A stretch of 64,000 nucleotides of DNA from Lingula anatina. Lineage: Eukaryota > Animalia > Brachiopoda. The stretch lies in NCBI GenBank assembly GCA_051362555.1, contig CM120640.1, forward strand, positions 37,839,967-37,903,966, in the 5' to 3' direction. Position 1 is the stretch's first letter, and every line of letters begins with the position of its first letter. The notes under the pieces are model-generated. The model saw only the letters and a program-made list of their open reading frames with translations, made no database searches and had not been told where the DNA came from. Shown here one piece after another: positions 26,301 to 37,700 of the stretch. A program made the position numbers and the translations under genes.

Positions 26301-28406
26301 AGTCGAATTTTTCACCGGTTCAGACAAATTTTTTCTGGTCATGACCGATCGGACCAAAAGTTTCAGCATGTCTTTATTTTACTACAAATTCTTCGACCTT
26401 ACAAACCACATACCTTGTCATGTTGTCCACACATCCCTTTCCTTTTCCTGGGAATAGAGGTTTCTATTTTAGCCCTGACCAGGGTCATTGCACTGGTGAC
26501 CAGACAGATGTGAGCCAGCCCTTCCTGCATCACAACTGCTGCCAAGTCAGCATGCTGTGTGGGATCACAGGCCATTTCTTTGAATTAAAAAAATATGTAC
26601 AGTACACTATCTTTGATTAATATGATTTCTAGACTAAAAAATTAAAAATCAAAATTCATGTTAAAATGTTGTGTATATAAACATGTTTTACATAAAAAAG
26701 TTTTTTTTTTAGAAATTTTATAATGTAACATTTAAACATTCAAAATTTTCTGAACACAATTCTCTACCCAAAGATTCCTCTAACACATAAACATTTTTCA
26801 TCTGTAAATTAAGCAGTTCGTGGGGTCCTAGTGAATACATAAAATATATATTTACTGCACATGTTCATATTTCTTATAAACCTACCTATTCGTTCTAAGG
26901 CAACTATGTCCCAGTAGTGCTTGGCAAGTTGAAATTTGCGATTCATTTCAAGATCTAAGGTATGGTAGGCACCCATCTGAAAAACAATAATAATCCAATA
27001 CAAATGGATATAGGCTGCACAATACTTTCATATTATTTACCATGAAAGATTGTTCCTATGTTTCTATTAGTTTGGTTACTTTTGATCAGCTGAGTTCAAA
27101 AGCCAAGGGCCAGTCATCACCATTAGCCTTCATTATCTACCTTAACATACTGGTTTTCCTGTATATTTCTCCCCTTTACTCTAAGTACACAGGCCTGAGT
27201 ATCAAAGTCTATATTCTCCACACTGATGGTCAGTGTTGTTCGCACTTTGTTTGACGCTACACTCCCTGTGGCAGATTCTGTTTGCACTTTTCTGTAAAAA
27301 AAAATATGAAGAAAATTTTTCAAGTACTGTGCCAAATATGTACAGTTCTAAAGGTATTGACTGACAGGTTGTAGGTCTAAATTAATGGGTGAATCAAACT
27401 ACTTACTGTCAACAAAGAGATATGCAACTAATTAAACAGGATCTATATTAATCATATGTTAAGTGAACATGTATTAATGATATTTTCAGGTTTCTACATT
27501 TACACAATTAATAAGGTGTGTCAATTATCAGTTTATCATTTCAGCCTACTGGTCACTTGAGCCACCTGGCTGCAAGAATTTTTTGTTCAAAACAGAAACA
27601 GTGGTCAGGAACTGAACAATTATTTAATATATTTTAATATATACTGGCCTTGGTTCAATTTTACTGAGATTTGGCATGGGGCCAGTATTAATGTCACAAG
27701 CTGTCTGTTACGGGGGGGGGGGGGGGGGGGGGGGGGGGTGTTACTGTACTCTGTAGTATTACTTAAAAGTACCTGATTGTTGTTGATCTCACAGTATCAC
27801 CAATAGATACCAAATTGTATGCATGCCACATATCTTCTGCTTCTTCTGGAATCAGGGTCACAGACCTGCAAGTGTTTGAAAGGAGATTTATATAATACAT
27901 ATGATCTAATTTTGTTCATTCATGCAACTGCGAGCATCATTTTAAACTTTTAATCATACCTTTACAAAATAGTGTTTATCATCAAACATAAGATATGTTA
28001 TGTCTGTTACTTGTGTCATATAAAATTAAATAATTGTTACAGTATGTTAGTAAAATACTGGTTAACTGTTACTGACCAATGTTGATTGCACAATGATGAT
28101 GCAACAAACATGATCATATCAACCAACACGAAATATTCTTGATCAATAACAATTTCTTCTGATCTAAATCCACAATTATTGAGATTTCCTTACCACAGTA
28201 ACATACCAAAGATATAAATCGCTTAAATTAATGTTTTACCACATAAAAACAACGGATGCTTTACTAAAATAAATCACAGTTGTATTATTATAATCAAAAC
28301 AACTTTCTTGACAATGAATGGTAAAAGGGCCAGCCAGTAGGTGGATTCCCTTGCGTTTAACTTACCCTTGGCCAGATTTATCAATATCCCTTGCGACCAG
28401 CTTCAT
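23308..28406 (-). CDS. PELO: Pelota/Dom34 ribosome-rescue factor, 12 coding exons
   Basis: [14 protein letters not shown] (28366-28406), [125 protein letters not shown], acidic tail, then TGA followed directly by TAA. Confidence 0.97.
26012..26374. mobile_element. MITE-like non-autonomous DNA transposon in a PELO intron
   Basis: Imperfect terminal inverted repeats CAGACGTGCTGAAAACTTTT / AAAAGTTTCAGCATGTCT, subterminal CGGACC/GACCGG motifs, TTATTT on both flanks, and a CpG-richer interior than the host intron. Confidence 0.7.
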
Positions 28407-28717
28407 GATTGTGTTACCCAGCGCTCAAACAAAACATTGTGTTCAAAAAGTCTGTTATAAAATGATAATATAATATGGTATGGTATGTCAGTGTAGCATC
28501 TTGCGTGTCCTTCTCAGTCAGGCGGGAAGCCAGGCAAAACTAAAGAGGGCGTTGATCCAAGACAGACTTATTACTTTCAGCAGCTCTTGTTGTTCGAAAC
28601 TGTGTGCAAAATCGGGAAGCCGCTTTATTTCGAGGTGTCACGTGACTCGAGAGGTGTTCCTGGTAAAGTGATTGGAATATTTTGATGTGTTGATGATGTT
28701 ATAATTAGGTAGGTACG
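28407..28717. promoter_or_regulatory. Putative bidirectional promoter, PELO / USP6NL
   Basis: 311 bp between the divergent ATGs, CpG-rich, with palindromic GTCACGTGAC at 28637-28646 and CGGGAAGCC twice (~28523, ~28613). Confidence 0.65.
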
Positions 28718-31700
28718 ATGGCGATCACATTGAAAAGTACATCAGGTGACATTCCATACTTTGGGATTACCCTTCTTTTATATTATCTGTAAGATTGTTT
28801 GTTTATAACTGCAAAGTTTACAAACAGGGCGGGCCGTAAGCAGGCCATGTCAACATTGGCAACGAAGTCGAAGACGGTCTCGGTTAAACTAAGTTAATTA
28901 AAGCCAAAAGAAAGTAAGTTTTCACTTTCGTTCGGAATCGATCGCTTTGAAAATTTATCTGACGTAATATATGGTCATCTTATAATTCAAATCAGCCCCC
29001 AAGATCGTCGATTTTGTGATATGTGGAATACCACATATGATGGTGAACGGTTAGCAATTTTGTAGTACTGATTGATGTTAACATGCCTGTCCTTAGTTCA
29101 AATAATATTAAAAGCTCAGCTTTCATATTTACATGTATTATGTGGTATTAAAAATGAAAAGGTGTGCTAGAGGAAGAGCATCCGATTAGCCTACCCATTA
29201 TTATTAATTAGATAGGTCTGGTGATAAACAATGAATGAAAATCAAGTGTTGAGTTATATGTTTGTTCAGTAAAGTTTAGTTCTAAAATATTTAATGAAGT
29301 GATGAATTAATGTACTAGGGTATTTTAAAAAATGGGGGTGGGATGAGAATGATTTAAATGTTATACACACCAAAGACGTGTTTATGCAAATAGCCAGTTT
29401 CACATACATGTAATTTGGCATTTGTGCAAACCTGTGTATCTATACCAAACAGATAATCAGCAAAGGTTCTTATTCTGCTGATTTATTGAAATATTTTATT
29501 TCTGTCTTCTGTCTGTTTAGTGATAAGGTCTAATTATTTAGCTGTTTGTATTAACGCATTTTGTGCATTGAAATAACATGCAATTGATATTGTAAAGACT
29601 TATTTAGAGAAAATAAAACAGACTAAATGAAGACAACCACATACTGACACAAGAATTAAGCTGATCCATTTCCCTAGATTAGTATGATACATTTCCTGGC
29701 ATAATTGTGATCACATAAATATATGCAACATCAGAAACCTTCAACAGATAATGATTATTCAGCCCTATATAGTCCAATGTGAGGATAAGATATTCTTGAC
29801 ACCTTATTTATTTAAACTATTTCTTTTTAGTCTGTTAAATTAGATGGACAGAATAAGAAGTTAATCACTCTTAAAAGTGTTACCCAGTGCCAAAATAATC
29901 TCAGATTTTAAATGGAATTTTACATGCGAAATAAACTTTGGAATGCATGATAAAAAAGAGGACTAATATAATAAATATCAGTTACAATGTTTAAAGAATA
30001 GATGCTGTAGATTAATAATGTAAAAACTGGTTGATCCTGCAGGTGTTGGTGGGTTCCTAAGATTCCAATCACAGAATGAAGTAAAAAGCAGCCATGAGTA
30101 AGTACACAAAGAGTCATACTAGTAGATAAAAGATGGTCACTGTATTGTTTTAGATAAAGGATGGTCAATGTATTGATTGATGTAATAATTTTAAATCTAT
30201 GATTATGATTAATACTTATGGCAGTACTAGTGTTCTTTCTATAACAGAGAATTTGGTATTTATTGTTGAAAGTTTCTAGACTTATTTTACCTAATGTTGG
30301 TTGATTCAGTGTCATCCAAAAAAAAAAGAAAGATCACCAACTAGCCATAAATCAGATACACATAGAATTATACCCCAAATAATTGTTACTTTGGTCATTT
30401 ATTGTACATTTGCCAGTCAATATCAGCTGAGCACTATACTCTGTCCCATTAGCAAAAAAGTTATCAGTATCAGTGAAGAACCGTTAAATGTTATCTTAGA
30501 CTCGAGTGGTGTATTGCATTAAATTGCCCACATTTTATCTAACATTGGCCTGTCAAGATGGCACAGATATTGGGTGGAGACCCATTACACGAGTTATGAT
30601 GTACAATGATTCAGTGTGGAGAATGATATAATATACAGTGATTCAATATGAAGACAGATAAAATGTATAGAGATTCATAGCTTTTGCTGAGATTGTGATG
30701 AGCATTATAAATATGTTATTTAATTAATATATCATGATTGGCCAAATTGTAATCTTTTTTTCCAACTTGCAGCAGATTTAAATGAATATGAACTGCTCAA
30801 GAGGGCCGAGAAGGAAAGGGCAGAGATTGTGGCCAAGTATGACAAGGTAAGACATGAAATTCAGTAAAAAAAAAACAGGTGCAACTGGTTGATGGATGGA
30901 AAATGAGTGACTACTATGAGGGTTATTTAATTTATAGTAAACATGTCTTTTAAACATGTGAGGGTTATTATCATTAATTACACGTTTAGAAATGATAAGT
31001 TCGTGAAACATAGTGATGGAATTATTGGACTCAAACTGCAATACTTGTAAGACAGGTGGGCAAAATGAAATTTACTTGAAATACTAGTAGGTATTTTATT
31101 GTCTCGTGTATTGTTTATAAAAAATAATTCAAATAATTTAATTGAGTCAGTCATGTGATCGAGACTCTTTCGTGAAGAGTGTTTTTAGAATAAAATGTTT
31201 TTTATCAGTGTCAGAGTAGGTTTTAAGCATCTTTGTGGTTTCATCATCTCTTGGACCTTTATTACTTTGTCACTGTTTACAGCCAATTTTAGAAGCCGAT
31301 GATACACTCTGCACTTTTCGTCATTGATTGTGAGAAGGAGAGGGGTAGAAATTGATTTTTTGTTAAAGGAAATACATGTTTGGTAATTAAGTCTAAAATT
31401 AGACATCTAGGCTCAAAAAATGAAGTCTCTGGACAGCTGGCATATAACCTTTTTCACTTAATTAGATTTCTTCTCAAGTAGCAATTTCAGATTATACACA
31501 GAAGAGAAACGATATCTTATATTCGAATTGTGAATGCCTTTCTCACCCAGACCAATATAGACTAAAAGCAATCAGAATCTAAAAAAGGCTCTGATAAAAC
31601 CTATCCATTGGAGCACCATACTTGTTATTTGGCAAAACGTGAGGGTTGTGTGCATGTTAAGTACAGATTTTATCACATAAATGTGTGATGTTATGAACAA

Positions 31701-34700
31701 GTGTAGCATATTAATTAATTGTGTATAATTGTGTATATTTATGTACCTCTGTGTATAAAACACGTTTTTTTAGTCCATAGATTGTAATATTGATATTGTA
31801 CATGAGGCAGATTAAAGGATACACATACAGTACATCTTTTTTTGGCAAACTTATATGTCATAACGAACAGGAAATTGTCACTGCATGATGCTCTCTGTAT
31901 TTACTGTATTTACTTATTGAAGACTGAATACAAGACCTACCTACTAGTAATTTATTCATGCTCCAAAGGAATTATTTCCAAAATAGTTTTTACTTTTAGT
32001 ATGAGAGGCTCAGCTTACTAATCTCAATAAATTTAGGCAGGAACAGATGCAGATTAAAATAAGTCTTAAGCAAACGACTAGGCTTAAAAATTGAAGTCTG
32101 TAGACAGATGAAATATAACCTTTTCCATTTAATGGGATTTTGCTTTATGTAGCCATTTCAACTTATACCCAGAAGGAAAAACAGTAGTTTGTGTTGTTAA
32201 TGCCATATGATAACCAAAAGGAAAACATGACTTTTGTGTCATACTTGTGATTTTTTTCCCTTTCCTTTGATCCCTAAGGCAAAATTAGAATGCATGTTTG
32301 CTAACAAGGGTTTTGCATTAGATTTAAACACATTTTTGTTCTGATACAAATGCAGCTTCAAGTAAAGATCCCTCAGATTTTCATTTTAATGTTGCCTTAC
32401 ACATGCCCATTAGTCTGTTTGCATCTTATTGATTCTACCTTGGGAATGTAACAGTCTGGTTCTTACATCATTCCTGTATGAAATCAAGAATTCACGATTA
32501 CAATCCACAGTTCATGCTCACATGTAGTGCTTTGACCTTAGCCACTATAACCATACTATATCCAAGTCCAGGTAACCTTGTCCTAAGCTTCATATGTTTT
32601 TTAGTTATATATTATTCTTATATATATGTGTACAGTATAATTCTTGGATCATAATTGTTTTAAATTTACTAGTGCAAAGTTAGGTAAATGTGTGTGAATA
32701 TGAGAGACCAAATGTTCCACTAGACAATCTGAACTTCAGTATAATACAATGGACTTTACATTCTAGTTCTAAAGTCTTTTGTGATATGAATGCATTAGCT
32801 TGTTCACATGTTTATGTTTGATGAAATATGTCAAATGGTCAACAGTAAAAGGACATTTATAAAATGGAGAAGATGAAAAGATAATTACCATTCATCTTCT
32901 GCCATGACGCTTTTCGCAGCTCTGATTTGAATTTAACAGTCAGTGAGAAAACAGACTTGAAATGTTAGTTGTTTCATCATGGAAATTGTTCTTCTTCAAG
33001 AAGAAGTTTACTTGAATATGTAATGTTTTGAAAGAATGTTATACTAGTATTCAAGCTGGGACTTTTGTGTGCATGATTCTAATTGATATGTTTTTTAAGG
33101 TTCATCAGATAGAGGTAAATGTGATGAAAAAATGGCCTACTTTGAAATAAAATACTAGTAACAAAATGACATTTAGATGGTGTGGATTATTTTGTACATT
33201 ATAACAGCTGATGTGTTTTTTTTTTCCTAGGGTCGTGAGGAAGGTGCAGATATTGACCCTTGGGAAGATCCAGCCTTTGAAGTGTACCATGTAACAGATA
33301 GATATGGATTTATTCAGTGAGTATTTGATTGCATAGAAAATGAACTGCTGAACATATTATACTAATTAAATCACAGTACAGTAATTGTGGGAGATTCAGC
33401 ATGCTAGCTTATTAGTACACTGGTATTTTTTCTCTCCCTTAGCATAATTTCCTTGAAATATGTAGATGTGAACGTTTAAACCAATTGCCTTGTTCACATG
33501 AAGATGAACTCCTGCATAAAACTGACAGTCCAGTAATGATTCAGTTCTTTACATAGGCCCGTATTGTCCACTACAAAAGATTTTTTCTCCTGGAAATGAC
33601 TAAACTATAAGTCATATAATTCCTGTAGTGTTGAGGTAGCACTATTGATCACAGTATGTACATTTGAAAGGGTAATTTAATTTGAAATGTAAAAGCTGGG
33701 CTTTACGAGAGGAAGACGCAAGAATCAAGGTAGTATTGATTTTTTTGTTCAGGGGGGTCAGTGTAAGTCATCAATCAATACATGGCACCCAAAAGCAGGC
33801 CAAAAAAATCTGTGCAGAAAGCTACATTTGCAAGATATGTCAAGAGTAAGGTATAAGTGGCCTGTTGTGCTATGTGCAGGTATATAACCAGGTATCTGAT
33901 TGCTAATAGAAGTGTGTAGAGCTGAAGTAGATGTGATGGTCTAGAGTAAGGTATCTTGGCCCTAGGCTAGGCATATGACTGAAATCAAATTTCAGCCCTC
34001 TGGCTTCAGCATTTCTGTTGAAATGACTGGAATATGGACATTGGAATCCCGACTAAACTGTTTTCTCCTTTTCATATTTTTGTGTTCAGAAAGAAGATTG
34101 CTATTTACACTTTGTATTTATACATTAAGTATCGCCAGTTTCCCTGCTTCAAATTAAAGTAGGGACTTAGAATGCGATCAAAGCACTTGAGACATTTATC
34201 AAAAGATACTTGTTTCTGTTTACTGAAAGCCACATTTGGCTTTGAATTTAGTTGCCTGGTCTGAGCTTTGCACTGAGACTCAGTATGATATAGAATTTAT
34301 TGCAAAGGGCACCTGTTGGGAAATCAGTTTATTAAGATTAAAGAAAATTCTGCCGTTTTGACCTTTTTGCGAGGGGTGGATATTGAGATCAAGTTTGCCC
34401 TTAGAATTATTGATAACTGTTAATTTAGTTTTAATTGACATTATCATAGAGCTTTTTTAGAATCACAATAAATGTCACATATTGTGCTTTATCACCTGCG
34501 ATAATAATGGAAGTGATAAAAGTATGTTAACTTTGGCAGTAATGCTACTGGCTTGAAAAACTACTTCGGTATCAGTTGTTAGCTATCATAGTAATATGCA
34601 TTCCCAACGTTAATGTAGTTCTGCACATCAACTGATTGATACTCTGAGTCCCAGTGAACTGAGATGATTTCAGAGTTTTTGGATCAGTTCCAGGCATTTC

Positions 34701-37700
34701 CTGAAACTTGAATGTCAAAGTCAGCATGCACTGTGTGGTGTTTACACAAGCTAACTAGCATACCTACTGCTCAGACTTGGAAAACTTGGAGAAACCATTA
34801 GCTTATAAGTTATCTGTTTTATGCATGAGTTTTCCTCTCTCTTTACTTTCCTCAGTCTTTTTATCTATCTCGACATATTGATACACAATATAGAAAACTA
34901 ACTCTCTCTCTCTCATGATCAAATGAATCTGTTTGACCATGAAAGTTGTTTGAATTGTTGTTTGTTGATATTTAATGCTTATAAATTATGTTTGAAGCCA
35001 ACAGCAGCTGGATTTCAACCTTTGATCATTTAAACAGAAAGAAATATTCAGAATGATATGTTGCTTTACCTTTTATATTATTAACAAAAACTTCTTTGTA
35101 GCATTAGACAAGCTGCATTTATCCATGTACACATCAAGCAGTACTCTATTAGACTTTCATTTCAGAATTAACAAAACACATAATCAGACTTTGTGAGTAA
35201 TTTGTCAAATCTCAGTCATAGACCAAAACTGATAAAAAGCAGTCAGCTTGTGTGTAAAATGCTTCTGTGTGGAACAGACTAATATCACACAAGTTATAGA
35301 GTTATGGCCAGCATGAAGGTGTATGCCATTGGTAAGCCAATATATAACACTTAGAGTCACTTATATCAAGGCAGCAGATGGATGGTAGGTTTATCTTAGA
35401 GAGTTAATGCTGCTCTGATCTTCCTTGGAAGCCGGGAAATATACCTGCAGGGAACTTTTCCCCCAATTTGGACATCTGCCTTGTACTGAATATTGCTTTA
35501 GAAATCAGAAAAGCAGGTGTTCAGATTTAAGACTTTACCTTGTCCCCCCAACCAGGTTACTAGTATGGTGGCTGTGATAATTTTAACTGTGTAAAAGAGA
35601 TTGTGGATGACATTTGTTATAGACACCATTCAGACCAAGTTGATCCGCGGACTAACAGATCCACGGAGTAAAAATGGCCGACTCACTTAAAAGCAGCGGC
35701 AACTAATTCCATGATGGCCTCCCTGCCTCCGTATGTGCCATCGCTGCAGGGGCCTTGCAATTTGACTGCGGAGCTGGGATTTAATTCATTTGATGGCATG
35801 TGTGGAGGCAGGGAGACCATCAGAAGATTAAGCTTTGAAGTTTGTTCAGCCATATTTAGTCAGCATATCAGTTAGTCTCTTCTGAATGGCATCATAGACC
35901 CACTAGTATGTGAAATAAGCAGTCTCTCCCTCTTTCCCAAATTGTGTACTTAACCTATATTTTATTCTTTTCTACTCTTTAAATTTTTTTTTCTTCTTGA
36001 AGAATAATACCATAATGTAAATCACTCTATTTTATTTTAGTGATCAAAGGCTGCCAAGGAAGAGAGATGCTGTGGAACAAAAGGTTAGTGATGACATTAT
36101 ATTTAATGCATTTGTTTTTCTTTTTTGTGTGAATAAGTTAGAATTTCTGAATAGATGTCTTGACACGCTTGATAAAAACAAGTTTTTGATATGACAGGTT
36201 CTTCAGCAAGAGCTGGAAAGGACCCCCAAATGGCTGAAAATGATAGGAAAATATAGGAAATACCTGGGAACAGAAAAGGTAAGAAAACTAAGTATTTACA
36301 ATAACCTTAATTTCGGATTTTAAATTTAGTATAACATAAATAACACACTTGGTGGTTATCTATTCTAAATTCAGTGGCTGTTTTGTTAAAGTACAATAGA
36401 AATTATTTTTGCAGAGATAACATTTTTATTTATTATACAATAACAGGATATTGTCCGTTTTCTATTGGTTTTGTTTGAAAAAATTAAAATACAGATGGAG
36501 TCCAGCTTTATCAGCATTGAGAAAACTAAGCCCTTGGATAAGACTATAAATTACCTGTACATCAGTTATACTGCGCTTAGGTGCTGAATTGAAACATTGG
36601 TTAGAGCAAAATGGATGATAAATAGCACCCAGGTGTATTTTAGTCTGTTTAATCAGTAGTGAAATACATGCTTTTGATATCTTTTAGCAGTAATTCAGAA
36701 TTACCCAAGAAAATTGCTTATTTATTAGGTCATTAGACCAATAGGCTGAAAAGTAATCCTCAGATCTAGAGTTTTAGTAGTTCCAACATGTTCATGATGG
36801 ATGTTCCGATTTTCTAGAAGCAGAGTGTACCCTATTTGAATTCTTCTTAGGTCAGATATACTATTCCACAACATTCATTCAGCTGATCAGTATTCACTTA
36901 CTAGTAGTTCATTTGCTGTGTTGGGTTAATGACCTACACAATGCCTGTAGTAGATACATGATATGATATTCACAAGAGGGGGGGGGGAGGGGCTTTCACA
37001 AAAGAAATTAGGAGTGAAAGTTGATATTAAAATTAAGGCTGGAAATTAGTCTCCCTATAGAATAAATTTGTGGTAGATTGCTTTATCATAGTAATTGTAT
37101 CAAGCATTAGCCTTTTTTTGTTTTGAAAAAAAAAAAGAAAAAAAATGGTAGAATATTTCATTAATTGAAAAGCTTATTTAGGTGGGTTGAGTTAAAGTAG
37201 ACCCAAAACTTTTGTTCTTGAGTTTTATAACATCAGTCAGCGTTCAGTTATTTTTGTGAGACATGCTGCTAGAGTGGAAGAATATTATAGTTATATGGAT
37301 ATATCCCCAGTGATTTTCTGCAAAAAAGGCAAAGCAAAGAAGTTTCAGGTCATATGGCATTACATGCTAATCCTTTTTGTATTGGGTGGAACTTTCATTT
37401 TTTACCATCACCTTGGGACTGTGTTCAGTTAAGTGTCTAACATTAACTCCTGCCATCATACTCATTATTGATGTTACAGTTTTTTAAATGCGTGCTTGTC
37501 TCTTAAAATCTAAATTATTCAAGAAGTAAGGAGAAATACATTAGGTTGGCAGGGAAATGAAGATATTCAACCAAACATAGAACAATAGTATCCACTGCTG
37601 GGGTAGCGCTAACACTCGCCAATTTAGCCAAATGCTACAACTGACTTAAATTTGCTAAACAAAAAGGGCTTGATTTGACTAATTTTAGTCAAATTAAAAC

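Noticed and set aside
28847-28913. Alternative coding first exon of USP6NL (ATG at 28847, donor after 28913)
   Set aside because: The ATG frame stops after 16 codons, and the frame matching the next exon has a TAA and no ATG.
31813-31823. U12-like donor GTATCCTTT on the minus strand
   Set aside because: Antisense to the host gene USP6NL, with no associated exon or branch point.
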